Positions 49,069 to 60,083 of a DNA stretch of 64,000 bases are shown piece by piece. The notes beneath the pieces were generated by a model. That model searched no databases. It was not told the origin of the DNA and saw only the letters and a list, made by a program, of their open reading frames with translations. Source of the stretch: an uncultured Rhodospirillaceae bacterium (GTDB taxonomy: Bacteria > Pseudomonadota > Alphaproteobacteria > UBA7887); assembly GCA_964408735.1 (NCBI GenBank), contig CAYPAX010000011.1, positions 369 through 64,368 of the forward strand. The letters are read 5' to 3'. Every line of letters begins with the position of its first letter. Position 1 is the stretch's first letter. Made by a program: the position numbers and the translations under genes.

Positions 49069-50363
49069 CTCGGGTCGGCCAGGCGAACCGCGATCGAGCG
49101 CGCGTGGGCATCGAGCCCCTCGGCTTCGGCCAAGGCACGGGCAGCGGGCGCCAGCGCGGCAACGCTCGTGGCATCGCAGCGCACGATACTGGAGCGCTTG
49201 ACGAAGTCGAGCACCGACAGCCCCGACGAGAAGCGCGCGCTGCGCGCCGTCGGCAGCACGTGATTGGGGCCGGCGACATAATCGCTGACCGCCTCGGGCG
49301 TATAGCGCCCGAGGAAGATCGCGCCAGCGTGTCGCACCTCGGCGGCAAGCACATCCGGATCGGCCACGGCCAGCTCCAAATGCTCAGGCGCCACCCTGTC
49401 TATCAGTGGCGGAGTGTCGGCCAGGTCGGGCACCAGGATGACCAAGCCATGGTCGCGCCAGCTCGCCCCTGCAATCTCGGCGCGGGGCAAAGCCGCAAGC
49501 TCTTGCGCCACAGCAGCTTCGACGCGGTCGGCGAATGCCGCATCGTCGGTCATCAAGATCGACTGCGACGCGGTGTCATGCTCAGCCTGGGCCAGCAGAT
49601 CGAGGGCGATCCAGCGCGGGTCGTTGTCGGCATCGGCGACCACCAGCACTTCGGACGGCCCGGCGATCAGATCGATGCCGACGGTGCCGAAAACCTGGCG
49701 CTTGGCAGCCGCGACATAGGCGTTGCCCGGCCCCACCACCTTGTCCACGGGTGCGATGCTCTCGGTGCCGTAGGTCAGGGCCGCGATCGCCTGGGCACCA
49801 CCGACGCGGTAGATCTCTTCGATGCCGGAGGCCGAGGCGGCCGCCAGCACCAGCGGGTTGATCTTGCCATCCGGCGTTGGCGTTACCATCGCCAGGCGCT
49901 CGACGCCCGCAACCATCGCCGGCAGCGCGTTCATCAGCACGGAACTGGGATAGGCCGCCGTGCCCCCGGGCACATACAGACCGACCGCGGCCAGGGGCCG
50001 CCAGCGGGCGCCAAGCTCGACACCGGTGTCATCTCGATAGGCGAGATCGTCAGGCATCTGATGGCGGTGATAGGCCGAAATGCGCTCACGCGCGGTCTCC
50101 AACGCCGCCAGCAGCTCGCTGCTGATCTCGGCTCGCGCCGCTGCGATCTCGTCGGCGCCGATGCGCAGGCTCGTCGCGTCCAGGCTCAGGCGATCGAAGC
50201 GCTCGGTGTAGTCGAACAGCGCCGCATCGCCTCGCCGACGGACATCGGCGATGATATTGGCGACAACCTCACCGACATCGGCCGCCGTCTCGCGCTTCTC
50301 CGACAGCGCCTGGGCGAAGGCGGCTACGAAACCCGCGTCCCGCGTATCAAGCCGCCGCGCCAT
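49065..50363 (-). CDS. hisD: Histidinol dehydrogenase
   Basis: [48 protein letters not shown]. Confidence 0.96.
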   Translation of the reverse strand: MARRLDTRDAGFVAAFAQALSEKRETAADVGEVVANIIADVRRRGDAALFDYTERFDRLSLDATSLRIGADEIAAARAEISSELLAALETARERISAYHRHQMPDDLAYRDDTGVELGARWRPLAAVGLYVPGGTAAYPSSVLMNALPAMVAGVERLAMVTPTPDGKINPLVLAAASASGIEEIYRVGGAQAIAALTYGTESIAPVDKVVGPGNAYVAAAKRQVFGTVGIDLIAGPSEVLVVADADNDPRWIALDLLAQAEHDTASQSILMTDDAAFADRVEAAVAQELAALPRAEIAGASWRDHGLVILVPDLADTPPLIDRVAPEHLELAVADPDVLAAEVRHAGAIFLGRYTPEAVSDYVAGPNHVLPTARSARFSSGLSVLDFVKRSSIVRCDATSVAALAPAARALAEAEGLDAHARSIAVRLADPR

Positions 50364-51015
50364 TGACCACCTCCCGGAAGCTCTCGATCCAGCCGCCGAC
50401 CTCGCCCGGACGTGTCTTCCAGGCAGCGCGATTGACGATCAGCCGCGAGGTGATATCGGCAATGCGCTCGACCTCGACCAAACCGTTCGCCTCCAAAGTC
50501 GCCCCCGTAGACACCAGATCGACAATACGCCGGCAAAGCCCCAGGCCGGGTGCCAGTTCGAGGGCACCGTTGAGCTTGATGCATTCCGCATGCACGCCAC
50601 GGGCAGCGAAGTGCCGGCGCGTGGTTTCTGGATATTTGGTCGCCACGCGCACGTGGCTCCATTTGCGCGGGTCGTCGCCATGGGCTAGCGCCACCGGCTC
50701 CGCCACCGAGAGATGGCAGCCACCGATACCGAGGTCGAGGGGGGCGTAGACCTCTTGGTAATCGAATTCCAGCAGCACGTCGCGACCGGCAACGCCAAGC
50801 TGCGCGGCACCGAAGGCCACGAAGGTCGCAACGTCGAAACTGCGCACCCGGATCAGCGACAGTCCGGGAATGTTGGTGGCGAAGGAAAGCTGGCGCGCGT
50901 CGGGATCGTTGAACGCTCCTTCCGGCTCGATGCCAGCCTGGTTGAGCAGCGGCACAAGCTCCTTGAGAATGCGGCCTTTGGGAACCGCCATCACCAATCC
51001 GTCACGCGCGCTCAT
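50347..51015 (-). CDS. hisG: ATP phosphoribosyltransferase (short form)
   Basis: [28 protein letters not shown]. Confidence 0.95.
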   Translation of the reverse strand: MSARDGLVMAVPKGRILKELVPLLNQAGIEPEGAFNDPDARQLSFATNIPGLSLIRVRSFDVATFVAFGAAQLGVAGRDVLLEFDYQEVYAPLDLGIGGCHLSVAEPVALAHGDDPRKWSHVRVATKYPETTRRHFAARGVHAECIKLNGALELAPGLGLCRRIVDLVSTGATLEANGLVEVERIADITSRLIVNRAAWKTRPGEVGGWIESFREVVNGAAA

Positions 51016-51481
51016 TGCCCGCCCTCCTTCACTGTGGCAGGACTGCCGTCATGTTCCGGTGCGAGCGGTGTCGGCACCGGCTCGCCAATGTCTTCCAGCA
51101 GGCAAACCGGCGGCTCGCCGCTGATCTCGATGACGCCGCCGCCGGCAAAGGTCAAATGCACCGCACCGTCATCCGCCGGCGCCACGGTCAGCAGCTCAAG
51201 CACCTGGCGCTTGTCCGCCTGATCGATGTCGCGCAAGCGAACCGCGCGCACATGCTCCAGACGCAAGGCCGATTGGATGACGAAAGGCGGCCGGCCGATG
51301 CAGCCTTCGCCGCCGCAATGCTCCCACATGAAGCGGTCGAAGACGGCGACGAAGCGGCTCTCGCGCGGCAGATAGGCCATTTCGCGCAGGGGCATCAGCG
51401 CGTCCTGCAGGCAGGCGGCAACGACGGCATAATCCTCCGCCGCTTCGGCCCGCAGGCGCAAGGTCGCCGGCCGCAAGCCCA

Positions 51482-51485
<4 letters not shown>
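51012..51485 (-). CDS. DUF2948 family protein
   Basis: [27 protein letters not shown]; usual position between murA and the his genes. Confidence 0.88.
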
Positions 51486-52741
<1,256 letters not shown>

Positions 52742-52817
52742 GTCTCAAAGATGCGCCTTCTGTTCGAACGTGTGCCGCTGCGCGGCCGCTCGTTATATAC
52801 GAAGGCGCGGCGAGATT

Positions 52818-53036
52818 TTAAGCTTCGAAGTCCGTCAGATGCGTTTCGCTCGGCACGCTACCGGTCTCATCGTCGCGTTTGCTGCGCTCTGCCATGGCCT
52901 GGCGCTCGCGCTTTTGTTGCCGTCGTCTGCGCAAATTGGCGCGCAAGGCCTCGGCAAGCCGCCAAAACCTCAGTTCCTTGTCGGAATCGGCTGTGGGATC
53001 CGGAACGCCGCCCGAGGCTTCCACGGGATCGCTCAT
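52818..53036 (-). CDS. Small hypothetical protein upstream of murA
   Basis: RLAEALRANLRRRRQQKRER motif, recalled from small alphaproteobacterial genes at this position. Confidence 0.55.
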   Translation of the reverse strand: MSDPVEASGGVPDPTADSDKELRFWRLAEALRANLRRRRQQKRERQAMAERSKRDDETGSVPSETHLTDFEA

Positions 53037-53182
53037 GGCTTTCTGTCCTTATTCCTGCCGCATTCTGCGACATCGTTTCGCCTACCTAATATAGGGATTC
53101 CGGCAAAAATGTGAAGGTGGCAGACTTGCTTGCGCCAGTGTCGGGGCTGTGGCATGGTCCGCGCCGCTCACGAGAACCGGAT

Positions 53183-53257
53183 GCCGCCGTAGCTCAGGGG
53201 TAGAGCACACCCTTGGTAAGGGTGGGGTCGGGTGTTCAATTCACCCCGGCGGCACCA
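53183..53257 (+). tRNA. tRNA-Thr (GGT)
   Basis: GCCGCCG acceptor stem, CACCC/GGGTG anticodon stem with loop TTGGTAA, TTCAATT T-loop, CCA; 75 nt. Confidence 0.97.
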
Positions 53258-54567
53258 CCTTTCATGAGTCCTAGCACCATATCGGTCGTGGCGCTCCAGG
53301 CCTCGGCAACATCGCCCGTATAGGCACTCGGACCGAGGATCGCCTCGATGGTCTCGAGCATGACGGTGCGGAACAACTCGTAGTGCCCCTCCTCGACGCC
53401 ATATGCCACGTGCTTCGCCCCGAGGTCGTGCAGACCCAGCGCCAGGTGATTGCTCCGCCCGAGCCCGAAAACCACCCCCCGCAGAATATATTCCAGCATC
53501 TGCCCCTGGGCCTCGACCCCGTTTACGAACATCTTTTCAAGCGCCGGGTCGAGTACAAACAGACGTGCGTAGAACGCCTCGGCAAAGCCGCTGTCGGCGC
53601 CTAAGAGAGGCTGCATGGTACGCTGGACGACCAAGAAATTGTCGAGACTCAGAAAGCCGTCGACGGCGTAGACGCGAATGCTTTCCTTGCGGCCGCGCAA
53701 TCGAGTCATCTGGGTTTCGGCTATCGAAAGCGTATCCGCGGGCAAATGCTCGATAACGTCCTGCGACACCAGCAGGTTCGACTCCACCGACTTGGTCAGC
53801 GTTTGAATGCGGCTTGCCGTGTTCACGTTATCCCCGACGACGGAAAACTGACGGCGCACAGGATGGCCGACCTTGCCGACGACCAGCGGGCCGTAATGGA
53901 CGCCGATGCCGATGGCAATGCCGACACCAAACTCCGCCTCCAAAGTCTCGTTGAGCGCGTTCAGGGAATCGCGCATGCCCAGCGCCGCCCGAATCGCGGC
54001 CTCGCAGGCACGGCGTGCCGAGCCGCCGTCGAGCCCGAACAGCCCGGAGATCTCGTCACCGACATATTGGTAGATGATGCCGCCATTGACGAGGATCGGC
54101 TCGCCGACGGCAGCGAAGAACCGGTTGAGGATATGCACCACGTCGAATGCGCTGTGGGCTTCGGCAAAGCGGGTGAACCCACGCATGTCGCAGAACAGCA
54201 GGGCGACGGTCCGCTCCTCGCCAGTGTCGCCACCAACAGTCTCGAGCTGGATCTGGCTGGTATCGGCGCCACGCAGCACGATGCGCTCGACTGTCGCCTC
54301 ACCCAGCAGACGCGTCTGACACGCCAGGCGCACGGAAGCGTCCCAGCCCCGCGACTCGGCGATCTCTTTTTCCCGCTCCGAGCGCGGGCTAAGGTTCGCC
54401 GACCCCTCCAAAACTCGCACGCGACACGTAGTACAACGCGCATTGCCCCCGCACTCGCGCCAGTGCGGGATCTTGTTGGACACCGAAATGTCCAGAAGCG
54501 TTTGCTCGCCGGCGCTTGTTTTTACGGTCTTGTTCAGGCAGGCGTAGCGCAGATGCGTAAGCGTCAA
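53236..54567 (-). CDS. 2Fe-2S ferredoxin-class III nucleotidyl cyclase-globin fusion
   Basis: CGGNARCTTC...RLAC; LFCDMRGFT, YVGDE, VGDNVNTASR; globin AFYARLF, EKMF, AQGQML, LGAKHVAYGV. Confidence 0.85.
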   Translation of the reverse strand: MTLTHLRYACLNKTVKTSAGEQTLLDISVSNKIPHWRECGGNARCTTCRVRVLEGSANLSPRSEREKEIAESRGWDASVRLACQTRLLGEATVERIVLRGADTSQIQLETVGGDTGEERTVALLFCDMRGFTRFAEAHSAFDVVHILNRFFAAVGEPILVNGGIIYQYVGDEISGLFGLDGGSARRACEAAIRAALGMRDSLNALNETLEAEFGVGIAIGIGVHYGPLVVGKVGHPVRRQFSVVGDNVNTASRIQTLTKSVESNLLVSQDVIEHLPADTLSIAETQMTRLRGRKESIRVYAVDGFLSLDNFLVVQRTMQPLLGADSGFAEAFYARLFVLDPALEKMFVNGVEAQGQMLEYILRGVVFGLGRSNHLALGLHDLGAKHVAYGVEEGHYELFRTVMLETIEAILGPSAYTGDVAEAWSATTDMVLGLMKGGAAGVN

Positions 54568-54751
54568 TCCACTCTCCAGCTTCTCGCCAAGCCAAGCTAC
54601 CTCAACACGCGGGATATGCCCACGATGGATGTTGAGGCGAGTTAGACGCTCTCACACCTACACACATCTCCGTGAGAGTCTGGGCTGGTGCGCCCATCGA
54701 CAGTATCTTTCCTTTTAACGACCAGTGGCATTTGGGGGTGGGTATTGGTAG

Positions 54752-56329
54752 ATGACAGCAAATTCAGGGGAGCGCCCGAGCCAGCCGAGTCCTGATCAGC
54801 CGGTGAGCGTCGGTGGGCCTCGGCTGTTCATCGCGAGCCGCGTCGGCATGCGGCTGGCGCTGGCGGTATTCCTCACCATCGTGCTGGTCGAGGCGACGAT
54901 CCTCGTGCCTTCCTACCTCATTCAGAAACAAGCCTTGGTGGACCGCCTGACCGACGGCGCTTTTGCCGCGGCAGATGCAGGGCTCGGCGCCCATGGCCAC
55001 GACCGCGACCGCGACCTTCGCGTCTACGCCGCCATTCTGGCCCATGGCAACGACATGATCATGGGGGCCAGCCTGTTTCACGGTGACGGCTCGCAAATCA
55101 GCACCACCGGTGATGCGCCGGCGTTGGATTTCGCCGCGACGCAAGACGGGACCATCCAGCAAAGAAGCGGCGACGGCGACTGGCTGGACATTGCCTGGTT
55201 GAAAGAGCAAAGCGGCTTGCCTTTCATATTGATCATGCGGCTCGATGCCCGTGGTATCGACGAAGAGCTCATGGCCTATGTTGGGCGCGTCATGGCCATC
55301 GTGCTGTTGTTGTCGGTGGTGGTTTGCGCAACAACCATGCTGATCTTCGACTGCATGGTTCTGTCGCCGATCCTGCGTCTCGGCCGGCGTCTCAACGCGG
55401 TGCGCCAGGATCCCGTCAATGCCACGGCGCTTTTGATCAAGGTCAACCGCAAGGATGAGATCGGCGAGCTGCAAGAAGCCTTCAATCATACCGTGACCGG
55501 CCTGTCCGACACGGTCAACATGCTCGAAGAGGCCCTTAACGCCCTCAAGCAGGCCAAGACGGATCTCGAACACAAGGTGACAGACCGCGAGGCGGCACAG
55601 GAAGCCGCGGCGGAGGCCAATCACGCCAAGTCACAATTCCTCGCGGCCATGAGCCACGAATTACGCACGCCGCTCAATGCCGTGCTCGGCTTCGCGCAAC
55701 TGCTGCAGTCCTATTCGGACAATCCCCTGACCAAGGAACAGCAGGAATATGTCGAGCACATCCTGAGCGGCGGCAATCATCTGCTGACGCTGGTAAACGA
55801 GGTTCTCGACCTCTCGAAAATCGAATCCGGCCGCGTGGATCTCGAAATGCAACACGTCCAACCGACAATGGTCATAAACGAGGCCATCGCCATGGCCCAG
55901 CCATTAGCGGAACAACGTGGCGTGTCCTGGAAAATCGATCTCGACGGCGCCTCGCATCACACCGTCTCGGCCGACCCGGACCGGCTCAAGCAGGTGCTGC
56001 TGAATCTGCTCTCCAATGCGGTCAAGTACAACCGTGACAACGGCTCGGTATCGGTAGCGGCCGCCCTCACCGATGACGGCCAGCTCCGCATGAGCGTGAC
56101 TGATACCGGGCCGGGCATTCCTGCAGCGGAATTCGACGGCGTCTTCGAGCCCTTCTCGCGCCTCGGTATGGAAAGCTCGACGATCGAGGGAACCGGCATC
56201 GGTCTGACCATCAGCCGCGAGCTTGTCGAGAGCATGGGCGGCAAGCTCGATTTCGAGAGTGCTGTCGGCCAGGGCACGACGTTCTGGCTTGAGCTTCCCA
56301 TCGACAAGCCCGCATCGAGCCCCGCATAA
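54752..56329 (+). CDS. Orphan membrane sensor histidine kinase (HAMP-HisKA-HATPase)
   Basis: AKSQFLAAMSHELRTPLN, NLLSNAVKY, DTGPGI, GTGIGL; no REC domain and no adjacent regulator. Confidence 0.92.
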   Translation: MTANSGERPSQPSPDQPVSVGGPRLFIASRVGMRLALAVFLTIVLVEATILVPSYLIQKQALVDRLTDGAFAAADAGLGAHGHDRDRDLRVYAAILAHGNDMIMGASLFHGDGSQISTTGDAPALDFAATQDGTIQQRSGDGDWLDIAWLKEQSGLPFILIMRLDARGIDEELMAYVGRVMAIVLLLSVVVCATTMLIFDCMVLSPILRLGRRLNAVRQDPVNATALLIKVNRKDEIGELQEAFNHTVTGLSDTVNMLEEALNALKQAKTDLEHKVTDREAAQEAAAEANHAKSQFLAAMSHELRTPLNAVLGFAQLLQSYSDNPLTKEQQEYVEHILSGGNHLLTLVNEVLDLSKIESGRVDLEMQHVQPTMVINEAIAMAQPLAEQRGVSWKIDLDGASHHTVSADPDRLKQVLLNLLSNAVKYNRDNGSVSVAAALTDDGQLRMSVTDTGPGIPAAEFDGVFEPFSRLGMESSTIEGTGIGLTISRELVESMGGKLDFESAVGQGTTFWLELPIDKPASSPA

Positions 56330-56396
56330 GCTCTTGCCGCGCGCGCATTTTCCGACGATGTTCTTGGCCGTCGAAAACGGTCCCGGGGGGAATGCC

Positions 56397-57230
56397 ATGG
56401 CGAGCAATCGCGAAACGCTGCTACGCAATCTGAATGACAAGGCGCGGCGCATCCGGCGTGGTAGCTGGCGGGCCCTGCACGCGGCAGGCTCAGGCCACAT
56501 GGGCGGTGCGTTGTCGGCGGCGGAACTGCTGGCCGGCCTTTACTTCCATCACCTGCACCTGCGCCCAGATGAACCCGACTGGCCCGAGCGCGACCGTTTC
56601 GTGCTTTCGAAAGGCCACGGCAATGCGGCGCTGGCAGCGGTGCTGGCGGAAGCCGGCTTTATCGACGAGCATTTGCTGGATCGTTTCTACGGCTTCGAAT
56701 CCCCCCTCGGCATGCATCCCGACATCAAGGTGGCGGGCGTCGAGATGAGCACCGGCGGGCTCGGCCACGGTCTTTCCATCGGCCTCGGCATGGCGCTGGG
56801 CGCACGCCTGCAAGGCAAGGACTTCCGCACCGTCGTTATGATCGGCGACGGCGAACTGCAGGAAGGCTCCAACTGGGAGGCGGCGATGGCCGCCGCGCAC
56901 CACGGCGTCAGCTCGCTGACCGCCATTCTCGATTACAACAAGGTGCAGCAGAGTGGCCATGTGGACGCCATGCTGTCGCTGGAGCCGGTGGCGGAGCGAT
57001 GGCGCGCCTTCGGCTGGGCAGTGCGCGAGGTCGACGGCCACGACATGGCCGAGGTGGTCGATGCGCTCGACGCCCTGCCTTATGCAACCGATGCGCCCTC
57101 GGCGCTGATCGCGCATACGGTCAAGGGCAAGGGCGCAAGCTTCGCCGAGGACAGCTATTTGTGGCACAACAATATGGTCGATGACGAGGTCTACGCCAAG
57201 GCGCTGGCCGAGCTGGAGGATGCGGAATGA
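56397..57230 (+). CDS. Split transketolase, N-terminal (TPP-binding) subunit
   Basis: GHMGG, RDRFVLSKGH, GGLGHGL, GDGELQEGSNWEA, HTVKGKG. Confidence 0.92.
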   Translation: MASNRETLLRNLNDKARRIRRGSWRALHAAGSGHMGGALSAAELLAGLYFHHLHLRPDEPDWPERDRFVLSKGHGNAALAAVLAEAGFIDEHLLDRFYGFESPLGMHPDIKVAGVEMSTGGLGHGLSIGLGMALGARLQGKDFRTVVMIGDGELQEGSNWEAAMAAAHHGVSSLTAILDYNKVQQSGHVDAMLSLEPVAERWRAFGWAVREVDGHDMAEVVDALDALPYATDAPSALIAHTVKGKGASFAEDSYLWHNNMVDDEVYAKALAELEDAE

Positions 57231-58171
57231 GCGCCCTGCCCGACTGGCCAGCCATGGCCAACCAGTCACGCCTTGCCTTCGGCCAGGCCGTCACCGCCAT
57301 GGCCGAAAGCGACGAGAGTGTCGTCGCCATCTCCGCCGACACCATCGATCTGATGGGGCTGCGGGCGATGATGGCGGCAGCGCCGGATCGCGTCATCGAG
57401 GCCGGCATTGCCGAGCAGAACGCCATGGGCATGGCCTCGGGCATGGCCACCACTGGCATGCGGCCGTACATTTGCGGCTATGCGCCGTTCATCACCGCGC
57501 GCTCGCTCGAACAACTGCGCAACGATGTCGCCTATGCCAATCAGCGGGTGGTGGTTGGCGCCGCGGCGAGCGGCGTCTCGCTCGGCGTCGCCGGTGGCAC
57601 CCACCACGCCCTGGAAGACCTGGCGCTGCTGCGCGGCGTGCCCAACATGACCGTGGTGGTGCCGGCGGACGCGCATCAAGCCTGGCACGCGACGCTCGCC
57701 AGCGGCGACCTGGATGGCCCGCTCTATGTGCGCCTCGGAGGCCGTGTCGAGGAACCGCCTGTTACGGCACAGGACGCGACGTTTACACTCGGCAAGGCCG
57801 ATGTGCTGCGCGAGGGCGAGGATATCGCCATAATCGCCTGCGGCGCACTCGTCGGCCCGGCATTGGAAGCGGCGGAAAGCCTCGGCGCTTCTGCCCGCGT
57901 GATCAACATGCACACCATCAAGCCCCTCGACGAAGCGGCGGTGTTGGCGGCCGCGAAAACGGGCGCTATCGTCACCGCCGAGGAGCATCACCTCACTGGC
58001 GGCCTCGGCGGCGCCGTCGCCGAGCTGCTGGCGCGCGAACACCCCACGCCCATGCGCATGATAGGCATGCCCGACGCTTACGCCGTCGTCGGCCCCACCG
58101 GCAAGGTGCGTGAAAAATACGGCATGAGCGCCGCGGCCATTGTGGCGGCGTGCCGGGAGCTGCTGGGTTAA
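57227..58171 (+). CDS. Split transketolase, C-terminal subunit
   Basis: [35 protein letters not shown]. Confidence 0.92.
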   Translation: MSALPDWPAMANQSRLAFGQAVTAMAESDESVVAISADTIDLMGLRAMMAAAPDRVIEAGIAEQNAMGMASGMATTGMRPYICGYAPFITARSLEQLRNDVAYANQRVVVGAAASGVSLGVAGGTHHALEDLALLRGVPNMTVVVPADAHQAWHATLASGDLDGPLYVRLGGRVEEPPVTAQDATFTLGKADVLREGEDIAIIACGALVGPALEAAESLGASARVINMHTIKPLDEAAVLAAAKTGAIVTAEEHHLTGGLGGAVAELLAREHPTPMRMIGMPDAYAVVGPTGKVREKYGMSAAAIVAACRELLG

Positions 58172-59655
58172 GCGCTACGGGTACGCGCTATCGCAGCCCG
58201 CCAATCGCTAAGTAACGAGGCTCGCCGGTCGCTCGCCATGTCCGGCTCGAAGCGGCGCTCGCGGCGCCAGCGGGCGGCGATGTCGTCCAAGGAGGTGAAC
58301 AGGCCCGCCTGCAGGCCGGCTAGGTAGGCGGCGCCTAGGGCTGTGGTCTCCATTACGGCAGGGCGATCCACTGGAATGTCCAGAATGTCGGCCATAGTCT
58401 GGACAAGCCAATCGTTGGCCACCATGCCGCCATCGATCCGCAGCGCGGAGGGCGTGACACCGTCGGCGGCCATGGCGGCCAATAGGTCGTGGGTCTGGAA
58501 ACACACGGATTCGAGGGCGGCACGCGCCAGCTCGGCCTTGCCTGTGGCGCGCGTGATGCCATAAAGCGCGCCGCGCGCGTCCGGGTCCCAATGGGGCGCG
58601 CCGAGACCTGTGAAGGCGGGCACCAGCATGACCCCACCGGTATCGCCGATGCCACGCGCCAGGGCTTCGGTCTCAGGCGCATTGCTGATGATGCCGAGAC
58701 TGTCGCGCAGCCATTGCACCGCGGCGCCGGCGACGAAGATCGAGCCCTCGATGGCGTAGCTCGGCTTGCCCCCCAGGCGATAGGCGACCGTGGTCAGCAA
58801 ACGATGCTGCGAGACCACCGCTTCCTCGCCCGTGTTGAGCAGCAGGAAAGCGCCGGTACCGTAGGTGCTCTTGACGGCGCCCGGCGTGAAACAACCCTGG
58901 CCGATGGCGGCAGCCTGCTGGTCGCCGGCAATGCCGAGGATGGGGATGGGACGGCCGAACAACTCGGGCTCGGTCTCGCCGAACTCGGCGGCGCTGTCGC
59001 AAACTTCCGGGAGGCACGCGCGGGGGACACGAAAGGCTGACAAAAGCTCGTCGTCCCAGGCCTGAGCGTGAATATCGAACAGGCTGGTGCGGCTGGCATT
59101 GGTGGCTTCGGTGAGATGGACACGCCCGCCGGTCAACCGCCAGAGCAGAAATGAATCCACCGTGCCGAAGGCGATCTCGCCGCTCTCGGCCCGGCCGCGC
59201 GCCGAGGCTACGTGGTCGAGCATCCAGGCGATCTTGGTGGCGGAAAAGTATGGGTCGAGCAGCAGCCCGGTGCGCGCTGCAACCACATCCTCCAGTCCTT
59301 CCCCTCGCAGGCCGGCGCAAACCTCCGCGGTGCGCCTGTCCTGCCAGACGATGGCGTTGTGGATGGCCTCGCCCGTGTGCCGATCCCAGAGCAATGCCGT
59401 CTCGCGCTGATTGGTCAGACCGATGGCGACGACGCGACGCCCGCCCTGCTCGGCCGCGGCAAGTGCGCCACGCGAGACCTCCAGTGACGAGCGCCAGATA
59501 TCCTCCGGATCGTGCTCGACCCAGCCGGGTTGCGGATATTTCTGCGGGAACTCTTCCTGCGACAGCGCCACCACCTCGCCCGCCCCGTCGAAGACGATGG
59601 CGCGGCTGCTGGTGGTACCCTGGTCGATGGCGAGAATGAGCGCGTCGTCGGTCAT
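58168..59655 (-). CDS. glpK: Glycerol kinase
   Basis: [49 protein letters not shown]. Confidence 0.92.
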   Translation of the reverse strand: MTDDALILAIDQGTTSSRAIVFDGAGEVVALSQEEFPQKYPQPGWVEHDPEDIWRSSLEVSRGALAAAEQGGRRVVAIGLTNQRETALLWDRHTGEAIHNAIVWQDRRTAEVCAGLRGEGLEDVVAARTGLLLDPYFSATKIAWMLDHVASARGRAESGEIAFGTVDSFLLWRLTGGRVHLTEATNASRTSLFDIHAQAWDDELLSAFRVPRACLPEVCDSAAEFGETEPELFGRPIPILGIAGDQQAAAIGQGCFTPGAVKSTYGTGAFLLLNTGEEAVVSQHRLLTTVAYRLGGKPSYAIEGSIFVAGAAVQWLRDSLGIISNAPETEALARGIGDTGGVMLVPAFTGLGAPHWDPDARGALYGITRATGKAELARAALESVCFQTHDLLAAMAADGVTPSALRIDGGMVANDWLVQTMADILDIPVDRPAVMETTALGAAYLAGLQAGLFTSLDDIAARWRRERRFEPDMASDRRASLLSDWRAAIARTRSA

Positions 59656-59678
59656 GATGTGGGTTATATCAAGACGAC

Positions 59679-60083
59679 ATGACTTTCTGGCGGGAAATGG
59701 CGATGACGGAGATGTCTCCCGCAGAGTGGGAGATGCTCTGCGACGGCTGCGGGCTGTGCTGTCAGTTGCGCGTCGAGGACGAGGATACCGGCGAGATCGC
59801 GCTCTCCGACGCCGCCTGCCGCCTGCTCGACCTGGAAACCCATAACTGTAGCGACTATGCCAACCGGCGCGCCCGCGTTGCCGACTGCGTCAAGGTCAGG
59901 CCGGAAAACGTGCTCAAGCTCGATTGGCTGCCCCACACTTGCGCCTACCGCCTGGTGGCCCAGGGCTACGACCTGCCGGACTGGCATCATCTGGTCTGTG
60001 GCAACCGCGAGCGCGTGCACACCGACGGCCCATCCATGCGCGGCGACCTGGTCAGCGAAGACGACGTGGACTGGGACGACTAA
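59679..60083 (+). CDS. YcgN (UPF0260) cysteine-cluster protein
   Basis: WE.LCDGCG.CC, CRLLD...C..Y, WLP.TCAYR. Confidence 0.92.
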   Translation: MTFWREMAMTEMSPAEWEMLCDGCGLCCQLRVEDEDTGEIALSDAACRLLDLETHNCSDYANRRARVADCVKVRPENVLKLDWLPHTCAYRLVAQGYDLPDWHHLVCGNRERVHTDGPSMRGDLVSEDDVDWDD

